DNA from: an uncultured Acidobacteriota bacterium
GTDB lineage: Bacteria > Acidobacteriota > Thermoanaerobaculia > Gp7-AA8
Direction of reading: 5' to 3'
Assembly: GCA_963758195.1 (NCBI GenBank)
Contig: CAVWUH010000002.1
Span: forward strand, 4,301,560-4,365,559
Length of the DNA: 64,000 bases
Within the stretch, counting starts at the first letter, position 1; each line of letters opens with the position of its first letter. Both the position numbers and the translations under genes were made by a program. Shown one piece after another: positions 1 to 7,998 of the stretch. Below the pieces are notes generated by a model, which ran no database searches, was not told where the DNA came from, and worked only from the letters and a program-made list of their open reading frames with translations.

Positions 1-929
1 CATTCAGGACGGTACGCTGAAGGTCGGCGATCCGTTCTTCTCGGGCACATACCTGGGGCCGCGTTCGCGCGATGACCGACGAGCGCGGCAAGCGCATTCA
101 AGGAGGCGGGTCCGGCGACGCCGGTGCAGGTCACCGGATTCGAAGACGTGCCGAACGCCGGCGATGCGTCTGGCGGTCGTCGACGACGACACGCAGGCGC
201 GCATGATCGGTCAGCTTCGCCAGGAGAAGGCGCGCGAGGCCGCTGCAGTCGAAGGGCGGGCGCATGTCGCTCGATCAGCTCTTCCAGCGCATGCAGCAGG
301 GCGACGGTCAAGGAGCTCAACGTCATCCTCAAGGCCGACGTGCAGGGCTCGGTCGAAGTGCTCGAACGAAACGGTTCGCAAGCTGTCGACTCCCGAGGTC
401 AAGGTCAACGTGATCCACTCCTCGGTCGGCGCGATCTCGACGAACGACGTCCTGCTGGCCACGGCATCCGACGCCATCGTCGTCGGCTTCAACGTCCGCC
501 CGGAGCGCAACGCCGCCGAGCTCGCCGAGAAGGAAGGCGTCGACATCCGGCTGTACACGGTCATCTACAACCTCGTCGACGAGATGCGCGCTGGCGATGA
601 CGGGTCTGCTCGACCCGAAGTTCCAGGAAGTCTTCCAGGGCCGTGCCGAAGTGCGCGACACGTTCAAGGTCCCCAAGATCGGCACAATCGCCGGCTGCAT
701 GGTCACCGACGGCGTGATTCCGCGCACGGCCAGCGTCCGCCTGCTGCGCGACAACCGCGTGATCCTCGAGGGCAAGATCGCCTCGCTGCGCCACTTCAAG
801 AACGACGTGGCCGAAGTGCGCCAGGGCTTCGAGTGCGGCATCGGCATCGAGAGGTTCCAGGACATCAAAGTCGGCGACATCATCGAGGCCTTCAAGACCG
901 AGACGATCAAGGCGGCCCTCACGCAATGA
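1..929 (+). CDS. infB: Translation initiation factor IF-2, C-terminal ~300 codons (5' end outside window); frame broken about 7 times before nt ~600
   Basis: ORF 597..929 reads [39 protein letters not shown]...[14 protein letters not shown], a typical IF-2 C-terminus. Upstream IF-2-like peptides are spread over all three forward frames: [17 protein letters not shown] / [16 protein letters not shown] / [15 protein letters not shown] / [25 protein letters not shown] / [14 protein letters not shown] / [20 protein letters not shown] / [44 protein letters not shown]. Confidence 0.85.
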
Positions 930-933
930 GTTT

Positions 934-1012
934 GCAGTTGGCAGTAGGCAGTAGGCAGGAGCAAACACCCGATGTTCTCGCTCCTGCCAATTGCTTACTG
1001 CCAACTGCCTAC
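934..1012. repeat. Intergenic imperfect hairpin with tandem-heptamer arms (GGCAGTA units), apex CAGGAG...CTCCTG
   Basis: gcagttggcagtaggcagtaggcaggagc ... gctcctgccaattgcttactgccaactgc. It fills the gap between the infB stop (929) and the DUF503 start (1018). Confidence 0.8.
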
Positions 1013-1017
1013 TTCGT

Positions 1018-1323
1018 ATGATCGTCGCGGTCGCTCTCTTCGAGCTTCACATCGAGTACGCACAGAGCTTGAAGGACAAGCGGATGGTCGTGAAGTCGCT
1101 GCGCGATCGCCTGCGGCATCACTTTCACGTTTCCGCGAACGAAGTTGCGCTGCACGATGTCCATCAACGCGCGCGGCTGGCGGTATCGCTCGTCGCCGAC
1201 CGCAACGATTCGGCAGACTCGTTGCTGGATAAAATCCAGCAGTACGTGGAGTCGAACAGCAACGCCGTGCTCGCCGGCTGGACGAGCGAGAAGCTGGAGT
1301 TCGACGAAGACGCTTCTCTTTAG
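1018..1323 (+). CDS. DUF503 (YlxP-like) protein
   Basis: MIVAVALFELHIEYAQSLKDKRMVVKSLRDRLRHHFHVSANEV... is the typical DUF503 N-terminus. The position between infB and rbfA is the conserved one. The ATG at 1018 is in frame with track ORF 991..1323. Confidence 0.8.
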   Translation: MIVAVALFELHIEYAQSLKDKRMVVKSLRDRLRHHFHVSANEVALHDVHQRARLAVSLVADRNDSADSLLDKIQQYVESNSNAVLAGWTSEKLEFDEDASL

Positions 1324-1392
1324 CTCGCAGCTGGCAGCTCACAGCTAGCAGGAGGTCGTTCTCCTGACAGCTGTGAGCTGCGAGCTGAGAGC
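1324..1392. repeat. Intergenic hairpin, same class (GCAGCT/CACAGCT units, apex CAGGAG-gtcgtt-CTCCTG)
   Basis: ctcgcagctggcagctcacagctagcaggag gtcgtt ctcctgacagctgtgagctgcgagctgagagc. It occupies essentially the whole DUF503-rbfA spacer and ends 3 nt before the rbfA ATG. Confidence 0.8.
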
Positions 1393-1395
1393 TAT

Positions 1396-1806
1396 ATGAA
1401 AAAGACACGCAGAACGACTCGAGTTGGTGAAAACGTACGCGACGCGCTGGTTCAGGTGCTGCGCAGCGACGTCAAAGGCTTCGATCTCGGCTGGTCATCG
1501 ATCAGCGAGGTCGAGGTGAGCCCTGACCTTCATTACGCGCGCGTGTACATCACGGGCCTGAAGGAAGAAGAGACCAAGGCCACGGTCGAAGAGCTGCGGC
1601 GCCTCGCCGGCGCGGCCCGTCACGCCCTTGGCAAGCGCATTCACCTCCGCTACACCCCCGAGCTCGACTTCCGTTACGACGAGACCGCCATGCGCGCCCT
1701 GCGCGTGGAGACGATTCTTCGCGAAGTCCTTCCTCCGCAGGAAGAGAAGATCGAGAGCGACGAGCAGGACGACGGCGCGGGCGAGGAGCCGTTACCGGCC
1801 AAATAG
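1396..1806 (+). CDS. rbfA: Ribosome-binding factor A
   Basis: RVGENVRDALVQVLRSDVK...ISEVEVSPDLHYARVYI...LRYTPELDFRYDE is an RbfA signature, in conserved operon context. Confidence 0.9.
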   Translation: MKKTRRTTRVGENVRDALVQVLRSDVKGFDLGWSSISEVEVSPDLHYARVYITGLKEEETKATVEELRRLAGAARHALGKRIHLRYTPELDFRYDETAMRALRVETILREVLPPQEEKIESDEQDDGAGEEPLPAK

Positions 1807-1830
1807 CCGGCAGAACCTTGGAGCGAGAGG

Positions 1831-1912
1831 AATCCGGAACGACGCCTCGGATCACCCGCGCGTGCGTTCGGCCTTGTGGCCGTCAACGCTGCCGGCCGTG
1901 CTGGCCGCTCGA
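1831..1912 (+). repeat. Copy A of a ~80-nt dispersed structured repeat (second copy at 42277..42356)
   Basis: ccggaacgacgcctcggatcacccgcgcgtgcgttcggccttgtggccgtcaacgctgccggccgtgctggccgc aligns at roughly 85% identity with 42277..42356 in the same orientation. It contains two small hairpins. Confidence 0.7.
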
Positions 1913-2466
1913 AAGACGTGCTCGCGGTAGAAGCTCAGTTCAGCAATCGAGCACTCGATGTCGGCCAGCGCCCGGTGCACCTCGGGCTTGCGCGGCGGTT
2001 TGATCGTTCCGCCGTACCACTGCGAGACCAGGAGCTTGATCGAGCTGACGTCGATGATGCGATAGTTCAGGAAGTCGTGAACGCGCGGCATGTACCGGGC
2101 GAGGAATCGCTTGTCGTGGCCGACGGAGTTCCCGCACAGCGGCGCCATGCGCGCGAAGCAGTACTTCTTCAAAAACGACAGCGTCTGCCGTTCCGCCTCG
2201 GCCATCGCCACGCCCTCTTTCTGCGCGCGCTCGATCAGTCCGTTCTTGGTGTGCGTATCGCGATTCCAGGCGTCCAGCCGCTTGATGCGCGACGCGCTCT
2301 GCCGGATGGCAAGAACCGGACCCTGGGCGATGATTTCGAGGTCGTAGTTCGTGATGATCGTCGCGATTTCGAACAACCTGTCCCGCGCCGGATCGAGGCC
2401 GGTCATTTCGCAATCGATCCAGACGAGATGCTTGTCGCTCCGCAACTGCTTCTTCGCTCGAGACAT
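1852..2466 (-). CDS. orn: Oligoribonuclease; last ~19 codons and the stop codon lie inside repeat copy A
   Basis: LVWIDCEMTGLDPARDRLFEIATIITN...GNSVGHDKRFLARYMP...HRALADIECSIAELSFYREHVF has the DEDDh exonuclease motifs of Orn. The start is taken at MSRAKKQL (codon 24 of track ORF 1852..2535). Confidence 0.9.
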   Translation of the reverse strand: MSRAKKQLRSDKHLVWIDCEMTGLDPARDRLFEIATIITNYDLEIIAQGPVLAIRQSASRIKRLDAWNRDTHTKNGLIERAQKEGVAMAEAERQTLSFLKKYCFARMAPLCGNSVGHDKRFLARYMPRVHDFLNYRIIDVSSIKLLVSQWYGGTIKPPRKPEVHRALADIECSIAELSFYREHVFRAASTAGSVDGHKAERTRG

Positions 2467-2657
2467 GGAGTCGCATTGTATCGGATCGATCCCTCGCCGA
2501 TACGCCAGGCCGAGCCTTCTTTCGAACGCATTCAAAACTCACGCGTCTCGGGCCACATATCGAAGACATCGACTGTTCGCAGAGCGCAAAATACGGATGT
2601 AATGCGTAATTGACGTCACCGCGGGAGGGGCGTAGCCTTTTGTGCGGAGGTATGCCG

Positions 2658-2903
2658 ATGCGACGATTTGCACTGGTGCTCGCCGTTGTCGCCTTGCTTG
2701 CTGCGCAACCCGCTCATGCCGGCTGCCACCCCGAATCTCAGGACGGTGTCGTCTGCGACACGCATTGCATCACCAATGGTCAACTGGCCGGGTACTGCAA
2801 TGTCAACGTTCCTACTGAGCCGGAGCGCGGCTGTGTTCAACTGTTCGAAGGCTGCGCGAGCATGGACAATGTCCCATGTTGCATGAGCGAAGGTCTGTTC
2901 TAG
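2658..2903 (+). CDS. Small secreted cysteine-rich peptide (signal peptide plus a ~60-aa mature part with 8 Cys)
   Basis: MRRFALVLAVVALLAAQPAHA|GCHPESQDGVVCDTHCITNGQLAGYCNVNVPTEPERGCVQLFEGCASMDNVPCCMSEGLF. GGAGG lies 7 nt upstream of the ATG at 2658. TTGACG(2610)-N17-TAGCCT is a possible promoter. No family recognised. Confidence 0.5.
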   Translation: MRRFALVLAVVALLAAQPAHAGCHPESQDGVVCDTHCITNGQLAGYCNVNVPTEPERGCVQLFEGCASMDNVPCCMSEGLF

Positions 2904-5128
2904 GCATTGCCGCGTTCGGGCTGCTCTGCGCCTGGATGGCTCGCGGCGCGGAGATCGTTTTGCCCGATCCTGCCAAGGGTGAGATCAACGGACGCAGAGC
3001 GGTCTTATTCTGGCCTTCCCTGATGCCGACCACGAAGTCAGGCGAGGGAGCTCTTCTGCCGCCGGACGGATGTGAGGTTCATCTCGTGCCTCACGCCGAC
3101 CTCGATCGCGAATTGCGCTATCCGTGCGGCCGCTGGTTTCAACCGGCCGCGGGCGGATACAACGTTTGGCTGGAGCAGGCCGATCGCATCAGCGTGAGCC
3201 CGAAAGTGATGTGGTTTACGGACGTTGCCTTCAAGGGGCGTGGGATGACGGCGGTGGACATCCTACTCGACGCTGGTCGAGTAGCGTTTCCCGCCGGAAG
3301 CACGATTGCCTCAACCGAGGCCGTCCGCCTGGTTAGCATCGACAGCCATCTTCGCCTCGGAGGGAGGGGACGCATTTTCGATCGTCGCCTGAGCGCCGCA
3401 GATCTCCACGCGCCGGTTCGGATGCCTGCTGGGAAGGTGATCGTCGGGCGTTTTGATCGCGCGACGGGTCAGGCGCTTGCGCTTTCACGACCGTTTAGCG
3501 TTTCGGCCGGAGCAGTGGCCACGGCGTGGCCGAAGCCTCCGGCCACCGGCTCCGATCTCCTTGTCGTCGTCGAAAAGCCTTCTTCGGCACGAAGCGGCGC
3601 GATCGAAGCGAAGCCGGTACAGCTCGAGATCGACGACGGCGCCAATCATCGCGCCCCCGATGTGCTCATTGACGGATTCGAGCGCTTGATCGCGATCTGG
3701 TACTCCATCGACGCACGCGCCGCGACGCTTTCGCTTCGAGCCACGTCGTTCTTTCTCGCGCCGCAAGAGCTCAAGTTACGGGCCGGCACGGTATCGACGT
3801 TGCGCCTGTCCGGCCAGGCGCTTCCCGGCGCGCACGTGTCCATTCTCACCCCCGAGGGTTCCTTGCCGAAAGAATCAACGCTCACGGTGATGCGGGAGTC
3901 GGATCGCGTGGTCGAGCGCCAGATGTCCGTCGCGGTTGGTGTCGTCGACTTGCCGAACCTTCCCGCCGAACGCCTTCGCCTTCGACTCGACGTTGGGCGG
4001 TGGCATTTCGATCGGATTGTCGATCTGAGTTCCGGGGCTGACGCGAACGCCGCATTCGAGCTCAATCCCTTGAGCATTCACGGCCGCGTCTTCTGGGGAG
4101 ACGACCCCATTCCCGCTGAAATCGCGTTCCGCAACGGCGATGATTGGGTGAAAAGCGACGCAGACACCGAGGGCTATTACGAAACCCTGCTTTGGTACGG
4201 GGGGCAATACACAGTCACCGTACAAACGAAGGGCACGAAGGCGCCGCCATTTCTCGAAGCCTTCAAGACCATCGAGACCAGCGGAACCGTCGATTTTAGG
4301 CTGCCGCGCACCGACGTGCGTATGCATGCCATCGATGAAGGTACCGGATTACCGATCGAGGGCGCGATCGCGATGATCTCCAACGTCTGGATCAACGAGA
4401 ATGGTCGCGAAGAAACGATTGCGCAACGTGCGACGAGCGGTCCCGATGGTGAGATCGTTTTTCCTCCCTTGCGTCCCGGTGACGTTCACGTAGAGTTGCG
4501 CGCGAAGGGATACGAGAACTCCGAGCCTCTCGATTTTCGAAGCGAGAAGAAGGAATCGCGTCGCTTCGACGTCGCGCTTCGATCCATCCACGCTTCGGCG
4601 CGGTTGCGTGTCGTTCTCGCTGATGGTCGACCGGCGGCAGGTGCCGATGTATGGGCGTTCGCCATTGAACCTGGACTGCGTCTCGTCTGGCAGGGGTCGA
4701 CCAACGAACAGGGCGGCGTGGAGCTTCCGGAGCGTACCAGGCGAGGCCGGCTGCTCATTCGGCATCGAGAAGCAGCAAGTACGATCCGCGAGAGTCCGCC
4801 GGCAGACGCGGAATGGACGCTTGATTCTCCCGCTGCTCCGTTGGTGATCGAGGCGAAGAAGGTTTCGGAAGGGAAAGCAGGCAGCATGCGCATGGCGTTG
4901 TGGCTCGACGGCGTAAAGCTCACTGGCGTTCCTCTCGCCTTTGCCACATGGGGAGCTGTTGCCGCGGATGCGAGAGGTTTCTGGATCGCGCGAAACCTTC
5001 CGTCGCGACCGGTGCGCGTGCTCGCCTGCGCAAGAGGCGAACTGCTCGACCAGGCCGCGTTCGATGCTCTGGCTACGAATGTCTCGTACCCGTGGCCGGG
5101 TGCGGTCCTGCTTCAGGCGGCCGAGTAG
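2876..5128 (+). CDS. Large secreted hypothetical protein (750 aa)
   Basis: Long intact ORF with a signal-like N-terminus, MLHERRSVLGIAAFGLLCAWMARGA|E. Its start overlaps the peptide gene by 28 nt. No catalytic motif or family recognised. Confidence 0.6.
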   Translation: MLHERRSVLGIAAFGLLCAWMARGAEIVLPDPAKGEINGRRAVLFWPSLMPTTKSGEGALLPPDGCEVHLVPHADLDRELRYPCGRWFQPAAGGYNVWLEQADRISVSPKVMWFTDVAFKGRGMTAVDILLDAGRVAFPAGSTIASTEAVRLVSIDSHLRLGGRGRIFDRRLSAADLHAPVRMPAGKVIVGRFDRATGQALALSRPFSVSAGAVATAWPKPPATGSDLLVVVEKPSSARSGAIEAKPVQLEIDDGANHRAPDVLIDGFERLIAIWYSIDARAATLSLRATSFFLAPQELKLRAGTVSTLRLSGQALPGAHVSILTPEGSLPKESTLTVMRESDRVVERQMSVAVGVVDLPNLPAERLRLRLDVGRWHFDRIVDLSSGADANAAFELNPLSIHGRVFWGDDPIPAEIAFRNGDDWVKSDADTEGYYETLLWYGGQYTVTVQTKGTKAPPFLEAFKTIETSGTVDFRLPRTDVRMHAIDEGTGLPIEGAIAMISNVWINENGREETIAQRATSGPDGEIVFPPLRPGDVHVELRAKGYENSEPLDFRSEKKESRRFDVALRSIHASARLRVVLADGRPAAGADVWAFAIEPGLRLVWQGSTNEQGGVELPERTRRGRLLIRHREAASTIRESPPADAEWTLDSPAAPLVIEAKKVSEGKAGSMRMALWLDGVKLTGVPLAFATWGAVAADARGFWIARNLPSRPVRVLACARGELLDQAAFDALATNVSYPWPGAVLLQAAE

Positions 5129-5213
5129 TTTCGAACGCATTCAAAAGTTTACTTGACCTAGCCCGATTCTCGATCTACCTTGGGGTTGAACACGTTCAAA
5201 AGGAGATCGAGCC

Positions 5214-6191
5214 ATGAAGATCATCATCCCCGGCGGTTCAGGACACCTCGGAACTTTGCTCACGCGCGCCTTTCGGCAGAAGGGGCACGACGTCATCGTG
5301 CTCACGCGCGATCGTCATCAGGCTGGCGTGCTCTGGGACGGGCGAACGCTTGGTCCGTGGGCGACGCTGTTCGATGGGGCCGACGCGGTGATCAATCTGG
5401 CGGGGCGGAGCGTCGATTGCCGTTACAGCGCACGGAATCGCGAGGAGATTCTTCGGTCGCGGGTGGAGTCGACGCGGATGGTCGGCGAAGCGATTGCGGC
5501 GTGTACGCATCCGCCCGAGGTCTGGCTGCAGATGAGCACGGCCACGATCTATGCGCATCGGTTCGACGGAAACAACGACGAGTACACCGGGATCATCGGC
5601 GGAGACGAGCCAGGTGTCCCGAAGTCGTGGCGATTCAGCATCGACGTGGCGAAGGCGTGGGAGGCGGCGATGGACGACGTTCCGACGCCGGCAACGCGCA
5701 AGGTGAAGCTGCGCACGGCGATGGTGATGAGCGCCGCGCCTGGAGGTCCGTTCCAGGTGCTGCGCCGCCAGACGCGCCTCGGGTTCGGGCGATTCGGCGA
5801 CGGAAAGCAGTTCATGTCCTGGATTCACGAGCGCGATTTCGTGCGCGTGATCGAGTGGCTGATTGCGCACGATCGCGTCGACGGCATCGTGAACATCGCC
5901 GCGCCCCATCCGTTGCCGAATGACGAGTTCATGGAGGCGATCCGGCACGCGGAGAAGATCGCGGTTCATGTCCCGTTGCCGAAGTGGATGATCGAGGTCG
6001 GTATGTGGCTCTTGCGCACCGAGTCAGAACTCGCGCTGAAGAGCCGGCGCGTCGTTCCGCGCCGCCTGCGCGAGCTCGGGTTTCCGTTCGAATTTCCGCG
6101 ATGGCCGGCAGCGGCGCGCGATCTCTGTGCCGGAGCGGGCGTCGCGGACATTGCACCGCGGCGCGAGAGCCGGCTCGCGGGTCAGTATTGA
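5214..6191 (+). CDS. YfcH-like NAD-dependent epimerase family protein (Rossmann domain plus DUF1731-type C-terminus)
   Basis: MKIIIPGGSGHLGTLL (GxxGxxG), ...VINLAGRSVDCRYSARNREEILRSRVESTR...GDGKQFMSWIHERDF. SD AAAGGAG upstream. Possible promoter TTGACC(5153)-N17-TACCTT. Confidence 0.8.
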   Translation: MKIIIPGGSGHLGTLLTRAFRQKGHDVIVLTRDRHQAGVLWDGRTLGPWATLFDGADAVINLAGRSVDCRYSARNREEILRSRVESTRMVGEAIAACTHPPEVWLQMSTATIYAHRFDGNNDEYTGIIGGDEPGVPKSWRFSIDVAKAWEAAMDDVPTPATRKVKLRTAMVMSAAPGGPFQVLRRQTRLGFGRFGDGKQFMSWIHERDFVRVIEWLIAHDRVDGIVNIAAPHPLPNDEFMEAIRHAEKIAVHVPLPKWMIEVGMWLLRTESELALKSRRVVPRRLRELGFPFEFPRWPAAARDLCAGAGVADIAPRRESRLAGQY

Positions 6192-6274
6192 ATGGACGGT
6201 ATGCCGTGTATTCTTTCGACGACTGGCGTATTTGTGAATTCGGCAGTTGTGAGCTCGGCAGCGAGGAGAAGGAA

Positions 6275-6955
6275 TTGACCGTCACCGGCCGGCGAGAGAC
6301 CGCGAAAGCGGAAGAGACGCGCGCGCGCATTCTCGACGCGGCCCTGGCTCTGTTCCAGCGCAAGGGTTTCGCGGAGGCGACGATGCGCGACGTCGCCTCG
6401 GAAGCGGGCGTCGCGACCGGCGCGGCTTATTACTACTACCGCTCGAAGGAAGAGCTGGTGATGGCTTTCTACCTCCGCTCCGAGGAGGAAGCGCGCGAAG
6501 AATTCGCGAAGGTCATCGCCTCGACGAAGGATCTGAAGAAACGCATCCGCGGGATCATCGACGCGAAGTTTGCGCAGTTCGCCGGACACCGCAGCCTTCT
6601 CACGGCGCTGCTCAAGGCGGGAGTCGATCCGCGCGATTCACTCTCGCCGTTCGGTCCGGAAACGAGCGAAGTGCGCGAGGACCACATCTCCTGGTATGCG
6701 CGCGCGCTCGAAGGCGCGGACATCACCATCCCCAAAGACCTCGCCCCGCATTTGCCGCGTTTGCTCTGGCTCTACCACATGGGTCTGATCTATTTCTGGA
6801 TCACCGACGAGTCGCCGCGCCAACGCCGCACGCAACGCCTCGTTGACGCCACGCTCGATCTCATGATCCAACTGCTCCGCGTGTCCTCGCTGCCTCTCAT
6901 GGGACCGCTCCGCAAGCGAGTGTTGAAGGTGCTACGGGCCGTGGAAGAAGAATAG
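6275..6955 (+). CDS. TetR/AcrR family transcriptional regulator
   Basis: ETRARILDAALALFQRKGFAEATMRDVASEAGVATGAAYYYYRSKEEL is a TetR HTH. A TTG start at 6275 preceded by GAGGAGAAGGA is proposed, in frame with track ORF 5984..6955. Confidence 0.8.
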   Translation: MTVTGRRETAKAEETRARILDAALALFQRKGFAEATMRDVASEAGVATGAAYYYYRSKEELVMAFYLRSEEEAREEFAKVIASTKDLKKRIRGIIDAKFAQFAGHRSLLTALLKAGVDPRDSLSPFGPETSEVREDHISWYARALEGADITIPKDLAPHLPRLLWLYHMGLIYFWITDESPRQRRTQRLVDATLDLMIQLLRVSSLPLMGPLRKRVLKVLRAVEEE

Positions 6956-7033
6956 ATCGCAGATCGCAGATCGCGGATCGCAGGGCAGCGCCGCGAAGAG
7001 ATCCTGCGATCTGCAAACTGCGATCTGCGAACT
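6955..7033. repeat. Intergenic hairpin with GATCGCA heptamer arms
   Basis: gatcgcagatcgcagatcgcggatcgcagg ... cctgcgatctgcaaactgcgatctgcgaac, between the TetR stop and the truB start. Confidence 0.8.
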
Positions 7034-7046
7034 CGGCTCGTCGGAT

Positions 7047-7988
7047 ATGCTTCGCCCAATGATCGCTCCAACGAAAAGCATCGACGGCGTGTTGCTCGTC
7101 GACAAGAAATCCGGCATCACCTCTCATGACGTGGTCGAGGTGTTCCGCCGTCGCGGCAAAGTGAAGAAGGCCGGTCACACCGGCACCCTCGATCCCATGG
7201 CCACCGGGCTGCTCGTGCTTTGCGTCGGAAAGGCGACGCGTCTGCAGGCCTACCTCATGGGAATGGAGAAGACGTACGAGGGAACGATCCAGTTCGGCTG
7301 GGCCACCGACTCCTACGATGCCACCGGGGTTCCGGCGGGCGAGCCGATCGAGCGAAAGGTCTCGCACATTCACTTCGCGCCCTATCTCGCGCAATTCACC
7401 GGCGCCATCGAGCAGATGCCGCCGTCGTTCTCGGCGAAGAAAATCGACGGCGTGCGGGCGTACGAGCTCGCGCGCAAGGGCGAAGAGGTCAAGCTGACGC
7501 CGAAGCGGGTGACGGTTTACGAGTTCACGATCCTCGAAGTGCAAGGCTCGACCGCGAAGTTTCGCGTCCGCTCTTCCGCCGGCACGTACATGCGCTCGCT
7601 CGCTCACGACCTCGGCCAGGCCATCGGTATCCCCGCGCATCTCAAGGAGCTGCGTCGAACGGCCATCGGCAACTTCAAAGTGGAAGAGGCGATTGCCTTC
7701 GATGTCATGGCCGAGGGAACGCCGGAGACGATCCTCAAGCCGCCGTATTATCAAAGCCTCTCGGACATCGATCTTCCGCTCGAGAAGTTACGTATCGACT
7801 GGGCGCAGCAGGGAAAGATGATGAACGGTCAGGGAGTGATCATGGTGCCCAGCGTCCGCGTGCAGAAAGGCGATCTGCTCGCGCTCGGCAATCCGCACGA
7901 TCAGCTCGTGATCATCGGCGAAGTCGTCAATGTGCTGCGCGATGGCGGGCCGGTGGAAGTGAAGCCGAAGGTCGTGCTGGCGGGGTAG
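7047..7988 (+). CDS. truB: tRNA pseudouridine(55) synthase
   Basis: DGVLLVDKKSGITSHDVVEVFRR...KAGHTGTLDPMATGLLVLCVGKATRL is the TruB catalytic Asp motif. Confidence 0.9.
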   Translation: MLRPMIAPTKSIDGVLLVDKKSGITSHDVVEVFRRRGKVKKAGHTGTLDPMATGLLVLCVGKATRLQAYLMGMEKTYEGTIQFGWATDSYDATGVPAGEPIERKVSHIHFAPYLAQFTGAIEQMPPSFSAKKIDGVRAYELARKGEEVKLTPKRVTVYEFTILEVQGSTAKFRVRSSAGTYMRSLAHDLGQAIGIPAHLKELRRTAIGNFKVEEAIAFDVMAEGTPETILKPPYYQSLSDIDLPLEKLRIDWAQQGKMMNGQGVIMVPSVRVQKGDLLALGNPHDQLVIIGEVVNVLRDGGPVEVKPKVVLAG

Positions 7989-7998
7989 GGCTCGACAC

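Noticed and set aside
2610-2657. Upstream TTG/ATG starts of the track ORFs at 2610, 12875, 27214, 20499, 2535 and 43163.
   Set aside because: The extensions overlap promoter hexamers (TTGACG at 2610, TTGACA at 12875), repeat elements (27171-27251) or non-signal-like sequence. Internal starts with an SD or the TACAAT spacing, and with proper signal peptides, are more plausible.
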